From NCBI GenBank assembly GCA_039545335.1, contig BCIN01000004.1:486925-550924 (forward strand): a stretch of 64,000 nt of DNA. Direction: 5' to 3'. This document shows positions 52,801 to 64,000 of this stretch, piece after piece. The position numbers and the translations under genes are program-made. This stretch comes from Kondoa subrosea. Lineage: Eukaryota. The notes under the pieces are model-generated. The model worked only from the letters and a program-made list of their open reading frames with translations. It was not told the origin of the DNA and ran no database searches. Position 1 is the first letter of the stretch. Each line of letters opens with the position of its first letter.

Positions 52801-54498
52801 TTATGTGCCCAGTTTGTGGTTCAGCCACTGCTTCCAAGACATCCGTTCTGTTTTTTGGCTGAGCTCAAGTTCTCGCTTCGTATTTGCCGCCTGAGCCTCC
52901 GCGATTGCAGCGGTGGCGAATCTCCATCGTTGCATGTCATCTTTGGACTTAGGACCGACAAGCATCTTCTGGTGAATAATGGTCGAATGGAATTGGCCAA
53001 ACTTGATATACTGATCTGTCTGTTTGACCAAAGACTCGTCAGCACGGCCTTTGAGATGTCGCTTAGACTGTACTTCAGTATAGGCCCGCTCGAACCCTAG
53101 CGTCTCCACTATGGTTCGGAGAGCTGTGTCTTCCATGGGCATCATTGCTGGCGTATGTAGTGAGTTGCGTTGCGAAAAGTCCACCTAGGCAGACTCACTG
53201 TAAAAACGTTCCATCTTTAAGTCCCCCAATTGATCATTCGCCGTCAGAAGCATATCCCAAATCCGGCGAAGAACTTCGACTGTTTTCAATTGATCTGGCA
53301 AATGCAGGTAGAAGAGGCCAAATCTGTATTACAAGGGCGTTTAATGCATTGAATGAGCTCTTTCTCTCTCTTCCTCTTGACAGACTCACAGCATAGGCGT
53401 CTCAGAACGCCATCCACATCGCCGGAACCCCGCTTTGCCAACTACCTTGCACGAGATTGGATCACGAATAAGGATTCGTAGCGATTTAGTAGCCTCGAGG
53501 GTTCGTGTCACACTGAGGCGGTCTCCCTCGGAGCTTAGTTTGCAAGGAGCTGGCCAAAGAGTATTGGCCCTGTATCCAGGAATCAATCATGCAATTATGT
53601 TCTTCAGGCATAAGAAATTACACTAGATATAGGTCCAGTTCCATATCGTATGGCGTATGACCAAGTCGATATTCCAAGGTATGCGTCTGTATGCTTGACA
53701 AGATCTTGTCGAAATCCACAGTACCGGCATAGGATGCTGGCCAATTTGTATGGCGTACATCAGGTCGGGGCTTGAATGATGGATCAGCATGATAGTCTTT
53801 AGAGTCGGTCACTCACTCCAACGAGTTTCTCGAAGTACAACATGTCGATGGCTTTCGTACTCGACAAGCACGCTGAGGGGAGCTGACCGCTGTGGCGAAA
53901 TTTCGCCTTGAGGCACGCATTGATAGATGAAACTAAAGGTAAGAGGGAACAATTTGAGCTCAGAACTTGCTAGGAGAAGTTATATGATCCTACCGTTAGT
54001 CACAGGTGTCCGTGCTGCTGCTGCAATCACAGAGTAATCTAGCAAATTCAAGGTGGTAGAACACACCGTATATCACTCTCAGCTGCTTTGCCTTTGTGAG
54101 TGGATCCTGTAACAAGCCAAGCCATAAACGACTGGCTATTGCTTGGCGATGAAGGATCGGTTTGACCATAATAACCACTTGGCAAGAGCTGTGACAATTC
54201 AGTGAAGATAACATAAGGTAGAAAGTAGAGCTTACTGCGGATTGTCGAGTCCGGAGGACCGCACAGGGTACATAGGCACAAGTGCAGCAGCCCCAACAAC
54301 TCGTTCTTGCCAGACAGCGACCAAGCAAGGCCAGCCATCTTCCTTCAGCTTAGCCTGGTACACCGGATTCACAAGATAACCAAAGGAACCGTCAAAGTAG
54401 CCTTTCATATCTGGCCTTATCGCAATGCATTCATCGTAGATGTCGTCGACTTCTGGTTCATCCGAGTCTTCTACATATCGGATTGTTAGGTCTTCCAT
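52801..54498 (-). CDS. Tandem (two-domain) GNAT-fold protein
   Basis: Domain 1: TIRYVEDSD, RVVGAAAL, MVKPILHRQAIASRL, TN|VSSINACLKAKF..DMLYFEK. In-frame intron 53771-53816 joins domain 2: KVVGKAGF..MEDTALRTIVETLGFER. Confidence 0.65.
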
Positions 54499-55125
54499 CT
54501 CGCAAAGTATCTAGAAGTGTAAGGGGAAGCAACGTAAATGAAATGCGACTGGTTTGTACAGCTTGGTAAGCGGACATCCACAGCATTGACTGAGTGAATA
54601 GCATTCAGTCAGAAGGATCACATCGCGCGGACATACTGGCACTGCATTGATTAATACAAACAGGGACAAAGAAAAGAGTCAAGCACAGCATAACACGACG
54701 AGGAACGGTCGCGCTCTGCTAGTAGGGATAGCGCCGCCTTTACCATTCAGAGCATCCTCATGACCACTTCGTGAAGTGAATGTTCAGTAAGACTTGTGGC
54801 GCGGTGACGCAGTGAACGCAGCACACTGCCGTTGTCAATTGTGAGACTGTGAGGACAGCTTGAATTGAAAAAGAGACACAAATCGCAAGTCAACGTTGGC
54901 ATTATTCTCGACACGGGAAAACGACGAGTTTTTGTAAGTTTTGAGTTGGAATTCGCCTTGCGAGATTGTTTTGATTTTCGAAGTTCCAGAGTTTCTCATA
55001 ACCACGACATTTCCGCTTGGATGCTCCAATCTGTCCCTTTACGTAGATCGTAAGCCAGCTCAGCACGCTTGCGACACGTGCTGATCTGATTCAGTCCTTC
55101 AAAACCATACTATTTTGCGAAAACA

Positions 55126-56044
55126 ATGTCAAATGATCAGCAAGAGCTCTGGCCAGCTAGCAAGAAGGGTGAGTTCGCTACAGTACTGTAAATCTATCCT
55201 TACAAGATTGCAGCCGGTCCTTTGGGAACTCTCTTCAATCGCGAAGATGGATCACCAAACCGCAAGCAATCTCCTTCGACCCTAGCCATGGGTGAAGACT
55301 TTACCAATTCCCCAGAAGAAGACTACGAGATCTCACATAGTCCAGCACGTCGCTTGCTGGATGCTTTCAAAGCTAGCTCCAGCCCAATCCGATCGCCAGC
55401 AGTCTCGCGTCGACCTTCCATATCGCAATCAAGAACCGAGAATCCTTTACTAGAACCTAGTCCTACTATCTCACCTAGCGGCATGTTCGAATCATTGCTA
55501 CGCAGTCCAACCAAATTACCAAGGAAGAAACGTAGCTCATCAGTCACCACTATCAACAGCATTGTCCCTTCTAGACCAGCAACTCCCTCTCGATTGCGCA
55601 TCAATACTCAAGTAGCGTCGGTGGATGCTGATGCGAGACCAAGTGGGTTTGTCCCAATCTTCTGATTCGCCATGCTGAACCTTCCATGTAGCATTCACCA
55701 TTTTTCGAGATGCTCCAGTAGCAAATCCATCCAGTCCTATATCCACACAAATAGAAGATCAAGAGATGGAAGAAGATTACCTTTACAATGATGAAAATAT
55801 TCGTCCAGAAGATAAAGAAAACACCTCTTCTTTTTCCTTGACTTCTTCTTCTTCTTCTTACATCGAGAACCGCCGACCTTCTCCCTTAGGCGTTCATGAT
55901 TCAGTCACGCCACCTCCTCATGCTCAGGAGTTTGATCTGACCGCTATGGATGCCAGATTGGCTGAAGAAGTATTGAAGAGGACTGGATTGGCTGAGCAGG
56001 AAGATGATGATCAACCAGCCAGGAAGAGATCAAGAGAAGTGTGA
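55126..56044 (+). CDS. Hypothetical Ser/Pro-rich disordered protein with basic C-terminus
   Basis: ATG 55126, two introns joining ORFs 55222-55665 and 55766-56044; many SP sites; ends ARKRSREV*. Confidence 0.6.
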
Positions 56045-56316
56045 CGCTTATGTGTCTTGCCCGGACAATTGCTTTCAGTTTCGTGTCGTTTCCAGCTTGT
56101 ACTCATAGTTGTCCATCTTAGATCGCATACGTTTTTACTTTCTTTGCGCTTGCTTTGTTGTACATAGTATTTGTATAGCATTTTAGTATTTATTCCTGTA
56201 GCATTCTGCATTGGTTTTTAATGCTGTGTACCTCAGGTTGACGATTAGTTTGTTTTGACCTGGAACCATCACTTTCGCTTTTGGATTTCCGCTGATGGTC
56301 TAGCACTGTGCAGATA

Positions 56317-58934
56317 ATGGAGACTCGTCGCTCTTCTGCTCGCTTGTCTGCGAAGCTGCCCGTCTACAATGAAGATGCTATATTTGAACAAATGATTGCG
56401 TCCGACGAGGAAGGTAGTCGTCTATCTTACAGTGGAAGCTGTCGCTGAGCTCTTTTGCAGAAGATCACTATGGATCTGCAGCTGACACCGAAGCTGAGCA
56501 TGTATCGCAATCTGCAATGGATGTCGACTCTGGCCCGTCTAGCGATTCGGAGTATGGAGTCAAAGCAAGCAAAAGCAGTTCGTTTAATGTTGTGTAATGC
56601 TTGCAGCTTTACTCATACTGGCGATACAGGAAAGAAGGCGAAGCAGAAGACGAACGCCAGCAGAGCCCCAGGCCGTAGCAAGACCAAGAAGTGTCTGCTC
56701 GCTAATTTGCCTATGGAACTGCTTACTATGGTAATCTGCCTCAACTGTCGCAGGCTATAGCTTATGTACTTTATCAGATTCTCCGTCAAGTCCAGCCAAA
56801 AGCCCTGTATGAGCTGGCTTTCACCAATAAAGTGTTTCACGCTTTGCTTTCTTCTGAAGATGCTCGTCGTACTATCTGGCAACCTTCTCGTCTCAATGAC
56901 GTCTACACTGCCTTTGTTCATCCGAAAAACAAGTATTCTCATTTGGATGATTCACCTGAGGACGGCCAGAAGCTCATCACATGTCCAGACCCTGTTGAGC
57001 CTTATTCCGAGTTGTCCCTTGCGCATCTCCGCTTCTCTTCACATTGTTACATTTGCGAAGAAGATAAGAAGAAGACCATCCCGCTTTATAGCCTCAAAAT
57101 CAGAGCTTGCGTCAAATGTCGTCGAAAACACCTGGTAGTACACAATAATTTCAGAATGATTGGCGGTATTGTCGCTCAACTCTTGCCTGCCGTTCCATAT
57201 GTGAGCAAAGATGGTAGTAAGTTCGAAGTTCTTGTCTAGTCCGATAGGCTGAGTGATATCTATCAGCCGATGCCACACTCCGGGACATTCCTGTCTTTGA
57301 ACGTCGCTATTGGAATGCTCAAGTTGACCAGAAACGTATCGAATTGCATGAACGGATCAAAACTGCTCGAATTTCTGTTGATGACTATATTGAACAAGCT
57401 CCAGATGATCACAAGACAACTGCCTCTGATGAAAGACAGGAAGAGCCACCAGGAGACGCGATGAGCCAAAATGAGCCTCATCCGGAATCCGATTCTGATT
57501 CTGATTCGGAAGACGACGAGGATCTCACCGAAAGTCAGCTCTACACAAAGAAGGTATCAAAACAATTCATCAAAGAGGAAAGCAAGAAAGTAGAGCGCTT
57601 GAGATTGATGGAAGCTTCTTGCTTATTGGTGGATCGTGGTACCTCACTGTCCGAAAAGTTAGCTAAGAGAGCAAAGCAAGAAGCAATGGAGAAGGAGCTC
57701 GAGGCTCGAATTGCGCAAAGAAAAGAGTATGAAGAGAGGTAAACATCAATGCTCAATAGCGCATGAAAAGCTCAACTAACATATATGATACCAAGCTATA
57801 TGAAACACGTTTGCCGACAAGAAGGCTGGTCGAAGGATGACTTGCAAATAGCCATGCATGAAAGTGACATTCAGGTGCGTTCACCCCCATATCCTAAAAG
57901 TTCATGGCTAAAACTGCCCGTCAGTTAAAGGCACAGCGAGAATTCGCTGTTGAACACTATACTGAACATCACAAAGCGCTATTGGCAAGAAGTGTGCCTA
58001 TCATCATGTCGGCGCGAGCAGTGCACAAGGAGTCGGTTCGCTTACAATCTGTATTGACTTCTTTGCGGCCTACTATCTCAAGCTGGAAAGGTTCTCGAAG
58101 CCTACAACCTTACATTAACGATTGCGATCTTATGGCTTTTCCGTCCGTTTGGCTCTTAGCAAATCGAATACTCGGCCAGAGGCTTTCTTCTGTTGCATCT
58201 GTTGTGGCTTTTGAAAAGATCAAATCGAAAGTGTTAGGAGATGCGCGCGATTTTCTCGCAAAGGTTGAACAAGACCTCGAAGATATCATTCGGAGAAGCC
58301 TCGGCAAAAGTGACTCAGATGATATTGGTCTAGAAGCAGCGCATTTTTCCGTCGTTTTCAAATGCCTAAATTGTCAAACCAATCTTTCGACTTTACCGAT
58401 CATTTTAAAGCATCCATGCATGAGCGAGAGAGCCAATTGTCCGATGTATTATCAGGAGGATCGGTATCTGTATGAACTGTTTGGAGCAACAGAGCGGCCC
58501 TGGGATCCCAATCTGCTGGAATTTCAAGCAGAGACTGTGAGCATTGCACCTTAGAACTACTCCAGCGGCTGACAAGGTATAGACCCATGCTCTCGTTGCT
58601 GTCTACAAAAGCATACAGTTGAGTGACAATTTCAGCACAACGGAGATTGACAGCGAGAGCGATCTAGTTCGTCTTTACAACTGATCAGCCCCAATACTGA
58701 TCATTCCTGTGCAGTTGTTTAGCGATTATAGGCTGTCGTGCGACAGAACTTGTGGAGTAGCCCAACTCAGCGACGTTGTCTGTCTTATGTTTCCACTTGT
58801 GTTTCACTGACAAACTTTTCATTCAGAGCACCGCCAACATGGTATCTCATCTGATTCGCTACGAGCATACATCGGATGCAGTCTGCTCGCTACATGAAGC
58901 ATCAGATCAGGGTAGTAGCAGTGAAAGCGATTGA
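56317..58934 (+). CDS. F-box-like protein with Cys/His zinc-finger-like motifs (basidiomycete expanded family)
   Basis: LANLPMELLTM|ILRQV..LYELAFTNKVFHALL..IW, SELSLAHLRFSSHCYIC..RACVKC, VFKCLNC..HPC; 3' end approximate. Confidence 0.7.
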
Positions 58935-59548
58935 GACTAGATTGCTTCGCGTGCAGCCTTGGCATCCCTCTTTGTCTGCCTTTGCAGAATCTTTTCTTCT
59001 GCCTGAAAAATAGCCTGTGGTCCGATGTCCGGCAATTTTCTGTGAATTCAGATAATATTCCTGCTGCTTATGCGCTACTTCCGAGTACTCAACTCAAATT
59101 TTGTATTCCTAAATTCCGGTGTTCTCTGATGACAGCAATGCAACGGCCCGATCGCCTGTTATGAGTGGGCCGAAGGGGAAATCATCGCACGGATCGTATG
59201 AACTTCACTCAAATGGCCTTCGTCGCTTATCTTGTTGTGGTATCGCCGGATCTAGCGGTCGAGAAGCTTACGAAGAGTCTGCAATTGGTCAGAGTCTGCG
59301 TTCCAAAAAAAACTTTAAGTTGCACTTTCCGAACTTTTACAAGGGATTTATATGATGTCCTACGAAGTCTCCCCCTTTGCGCGATAACATTGCTCCTCTT
59401 TTATATATTTGACGTTTCTTTTGGCTATCCTAGCGTGTGCTAAAAACACTGCTTAGTGACGCACAGCCGTTACTGTCTAATGTATTGTTTTCTCCCTGCA
59501 TTAGGTGCTCTTGCTGTATTTACTTCTGCCTTATAATTCAGTACCATC

Positions 59549-59863
59549 ATGTTTGTGCAACCTGTTGCACCTGCTCAACCACTTATGGCCCAGCCAACAG
59601 TATTGCAAACAATGCCACTAATCTCACAACCAGCTCTCGCTCCTGCACCTGTACAATCCCATCATGCACCTGTTCCCGTAGTCCATCACTCTAATCATGT
59701 TCATCCCGAATCTCCTAGTCATCACCATGAATCTCGATCACTCCATCAATTGCACGGAGACAAGAAAGAGGAGAAAAGGATCATTGTACAATCACCTGCA
59801 GGACCGGTAGCAATCAAGGAGAAGAAGAAAAAGGCGGAGCCTATGTGCTGTGTAATGTCCTGA
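59549..59863 (+). CDS. Small Pro/His-rich protein with polybasic + CC-CaaX lipidation tail
   Basis: 104-aa ORF ending KEKKKKAEPMCCVMS*. Confidence 0.7.
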   Translation: MFVQPVAPAQPLMAQPTVLQTMPLISQPALAPAPVQSHHAPVPVVHHSNHVHPESPSHHHESRSLHQLHGDKKEEKRIIVQSPAGPVAIKEKKKKAEPMCCVMS

Positions 59864-60122
59864 TGTGAGTCAGATCCGACACAGCCTGTTACAATGCGAG
59901 TGCTAAGGCAGCGATTATGCAATAGAACCGAAATGCAAAAGGTGCAAATTGATTGAGAGTTAGACGTGAAACCAGGAATGGATGACATCAGAATGGGGAG
60001 CATTTGTACACTGATCTGCAAGATAAACTCCATATATAGATAGAACAGTTTCAAATCTTTCCAAATTTCGTTTCAAGGCAGAGGAGAAGGAGGCCTAGAA
60101 TGTATAGGCCCAGACCATCGAT

Positions 60123-61210
60123 TTACCAGGGTATTCTACCATCCTTATCGATGAACTTCATATCTGACAGTCAAAGCACTGCCTTTACAACTTAAGGAGA
60201 GACTCACAATGCCTGATTCCCCTTCTTGTTCCAAAGCAGTATCCACAATGATTTTACAGCCTTCAGCTGGTTCAATATGCCCTGTCGCGTTAGAACATTC
60301 ACATTAGTATCATTTCGAAGATCCCGAGATAAGGTAGAGGAAGACCAACTCACCTGCGAAATTGTTTAGAGCCGTAGCGTTGTATCCAGGGCAAACAGCC
60401 ACGCTAAAGATAACAGTTTTAGCTTTTCAGAGCGAAAACAAACCAAAAGGTACGGAAGGACTCACAATCGAATTTTTGGTTCCCTTACAGCGAATTGAGC
60501 AGTCAAATTGTTCAAAGCTGCTTTACTAGCGCAGTAAGATCCCAAGTAGCCATATTGCGGGCCTTTGGCATTACTACCCATTGTTGAGCTGACATTCACT
60601 ACTCTCGGGTGAGAAGATTGTTGCAAAAGCGGCAAGAAAGCTTCAGTGACCAGTGCTGGTCCAGTCTGAATAAATTGTTAAAGAGCCGGAACTGATAGAG
60701 AGTTGAGTTGAAGACGTACGACATTGGTTTCGAAAGTCCTGGCAAACTCAGCTCTTGATTTGGTATCATACGAAGCAACTCCAGCACTGGCAGGAATTTG
60801 TGAGAGTGAATACAATCGTCTTTAGGTTGTGGACATACTTATTGATAAGGCAATCCAAACCTTTACCAGCCAAATGTTTCTCGATCTCGGATTCTATTCG
60901 AGCAGTGAACATCAGCTTGACATCTGATGGATGACTCACTAGCTGCAGCGATAGACTCATCGTCCGTCACATCCAGCTGAACAACGACTACCTTTGCCTT
61001 GATTTCCCCAGCCGAGGTGATCTTCTTGACTGCTTCTGTTCCGTTCTCGACTTTTCTAGTGCAGAGGAAGATGAAGTTATCTGCTTGTCTTGACAGGTGT
61101 TTAACGACTTCATAGCCTAAGCCTATATGTCATTACGTAAGAAGGATCACTTGAATGGCGGACAGGGAAGTCAGACCTGTGTTTCCGCCAGTGATGCAGA
61201 TGGATGGCAT
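60123..61210 (-). CDS. Short-chain dehydrogenase/reductase (classical SDR, carbonyl-reductase-like)
   Basis: ITGGNTG|LG, QLDVTD, LIN|NAG, NVSS, YCASK, VCPGYNAT, ends GRIPW*. Confidence 0.9.
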
Positions 61211-61646
61211 ACTATAGAAGAGACAAAGGATTTGAAGATTAGGTAGGAATCGAGAGAAAGATGCAGGAGATCTAAATGCGCGTAATGTTTAAGTAATCTG
61301 GATCTTCAGCCTTCCAGAGGGAAATCAGAAGTCTAGGCGCTGTAATTAGTAATCAACAGGCCTGATTTGAAGATCCACAGCGAGAAAGGAGAAAGTCGCT
61401 CGTTGATGCTCAAGCAGGTCGTGCAGCCGAAATGTACACGACGCGAGGAGCCGAAGACATTATGTAACTTCGGAAAGGAATATGTATGGAGTAAATTTTA
61501 GTAAAATGTTGTACTGCAGTCAGCAGTGTGCACTACACGGGCGCCCGGAAGGAGGGTCGTACTTGTCCAACTTATATTACTGAAGATTGCATAATGCAGT
61601 TCTCATTCCGAAACGGCATCAATTCCCTTTCTGCTCTTCATCTGGT

Positions 61647-62510
61647 ATGGCTGCACAGTCCATCAGAGTAGCCAAGAGCGCTCTACGGAAACAGATTCGC
61701 GCGAAACTCAAGTCGCTGGATGAGATCACCATTCGCGAAGAATGTTTGTTTCCTGCTCTATCTCATGTGCATGCTCTGATGTTGTGTTGATGTAGCAGAA
61801 GCAGTTACTGATCGACTGCTTTTCTCTCATTATTATACTCAAGCTAATCGACTGAGCGTCTACCTTTCCCTGCCTAATGGGGAATTGCAGACGGACGAAA
61901 TAGTTAGGGATGCTCTCAAATCTGGTCAGTATTGTCTTCTATATCCTTATAACGAAGCTGAATCATTGCTAAAGGCAAGACGGTCTTTATACCCTTCACC
62001 AAATTACCTGAGCAACCGAATGTAATGAAAATGCTACGGCTAAAGAACGAAAGCGAGCTAGATGCGCTCAAACCTAACTCTTGGGGTATTCCGGAACACG
62101 AAACTGATCAAGGAGTGGAAGAAGGTGCGTTTTCTGTTTCTCCATTAGCTGAACAATAGCTGAAGAAGGGTTATGAAAAATGCACAGCTCTCGATGACAT
62201 GGATGGACTAGATCTCATGCTCATGCCTGGAGTAGCTTTCGATCGAGCACGTAATCGGCTTGGTCATGGCAAAGGTTAGCTTCAATGCAGACCTGTTATT
62301 TATTCGTCTCAATTCCGTTGAACAGGCTACTACGATCGCTATGTTGCACTATTGGAGCAATGGACAGCAGCAAGAGATAAAAAGATGCCTGCTCTAGTTG
62401 CTCTAGCGCTGAACGATCAGATAGTAGCAGATGAAATACCTTGCGATTCAACAGATTACAAACCTGATCTTATACTCACGCCAGATGGTCAAATAGCAGG
62501 GTTTGGATAG
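61647..62510 (+). CDS. FAU1: 5-formyltetrahydrofolate cyclo-ligase (MTHFS)
   Basis: KSALRKQIR, SVYLSLP.GELQT, NSWGIPE, DLMLMPGVAFD..NRLGHGK|GYYDR. Confidence 0.92.
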
Positions 62511-62548
62511 AATATAATGCCAATAATGCAAAAATGCTATGTTGTTTT

Positions 62549-64000
62549 TCACATGAGTTTGACGCTCCGAGCCAGCTCTAACGTTTCTGGTAACAATTTC
62601 AAATTCCGTTCGTATTCTTCAGCAAACTCTGCGTTGAGTCTTTTGGATCGTCGGGTACCGCTTGTAATAGGTCTATACAAAGGTGGAGGTGAAGAACCAT
62701 TGATTTTGGATTCAGCCATAACTTTGTCGAAAGCTTCTTGCGCTTCATCGTCTGCTGAGACCATACCGACGATATAAGGTGCGTAGTCCGCTAGGATGGC
62801 TGAAGTAGGTAGAAGTGGTGCAGAAAGAGGTAAGAAGCTAGTGATGATCTCCAGTTTACCAAGGAGCGCAGCTCTGTCACAAGCAAATCAGCTCAAAGCC
62901 TTCTCAAGAGTACACAAGCTGACCGATCTTCCACCAACTGCTCATCTGCACCTGGTCTCAGCCAGATATGCAATCCTATCTCTTTCTCCGCCAAAGTAAC
63001 AATTTCACCATGCATTTCGTTATCAAGTAAATATTCCGGTAGATCACTACCACATTGATCAGGGTAGACATTGAGATACTGATTCTCCAATTCTTGTTGA
63101 GCTTCTAAAGGAGTAGCATTGCCATCGTATTCCTGTCACAATCTCAGATCCACTTTGAGCCCTCGGCCGGCTAACTTACTAAACGATAGGTTTCGACCCT
63201 TCTAGCGACATAGGCATCGCTCTTGGAACAACTTTCGGCAAAAGCTGCATACGTTTTCAATTCTGAATGAGAGGATATACCATTCGGTTGAGGTGGCAAG
63301 GAGTTTGACAGCACAGAAGGCGATTTGCACCAAAATTGCAGAGTAGTGAGAGAACGACGTAAATCAGGATAAGAAGGTGCTTGGGTAATAAGTGATGCAG
63401 GTGGGTAGATAGAAATGCCTGAAGGTGGATGATAAGTTGGTATTCGGTACAATTCAGTTGCATAGAGTTTGCGGAGAGCATCTTCGGACAGTGAATGACC
63501 TTCTGCTGAAGCGACTGCTTGTAAATAAGGTAAGACTTCGCTTTCTTCCGCTGCGGCGAAGGTTAAGGTTGTTTGCAGAGCTAGACGATCAAAGGGAATC
63601 TTCTTTGGATCTGCGTAATTCTTTAGACCTTGACATATACAGACATAAGCAGTAAAGTCGACATACCATTGCAAGTCAAGACCACGGGACGTAAGGAATT
63701 CGCGACGATGTGTACTACTCCGTCCCAGAATGAAGCAGCAGATTTGTCATCTTGGAAGAGAATATCAACTTCTTCCAGCAAGATCAACGACTGAGACACT
63801 TCCTTTGCGGGTGCTTTGCTGTGTTCTTTCTCTTTGTCAACTTGCTTCGCTTTGCCCTTTCCCTTACTACCAGCCGCAATTGATTCATTCTCCTGTACTT
63901 TAGGTTTCGAGCCAAAGAAAGCGGCCATGGGAGTTTTGCCTTTTGGACTTCCAACAGAACCCATTGGACCTGATTTCCCAGATTTCCAAACCAAGTGATT
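62549..64000 (-). CDS. ELG1: Elg1/ATAD5 RFC-like clamp-unloader large subunit, 3' part
   Basis: [63 protein letters not shown]. Confidence 0.85.

Overview
Eukaryotic, intron-rich, gene-dense fungal DNA. Most introns are about 45-60 nt with GT..CTRAY..YAG signals, and the gene families suggest a basidiomycete, probably Pucciniomycotina (inference). The ORF track is fragmented by introns, so I rebuilt gene models by hand; coordinates are start-to-stop spans including introns and internal exon boundaries are approximate. About 33 protein-coding genes are present. Conserved genes include a TBC Rab-GAP, PhoD-like phosphatase, FMP25-like RCC1 protein, PHO81/NUC-2, steroid 5-alpha-reductase, glutaminyl cyclase, YOS9, a KH protein, TatD, SPF45, AKR, SDR, FAU1 and ELG1. 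Lineage-specific genes are interspersed: F-box-like, MATH-BTB, an orphan multi-TM protein, CFEM, a GPI protein and a large Cys-rich PriA/CPL1-like secreted protein. The most unusual items are two intact, diverged tandem glucosylceramide synthases; a GNAT-AKR-tandem-GNAT block containing an intronless GNAT; a small His-rich protein with a Ras-like polybasic-CC-CaaX tail; a TMBIM/GHITM homologue missing one sensor Asp; and a BTB gene with a frameshifting lesion beside a 23-bp tandem duplication. I recognised no rRNA, tRNA, CRISPR or transposase, and no database searches could be run.
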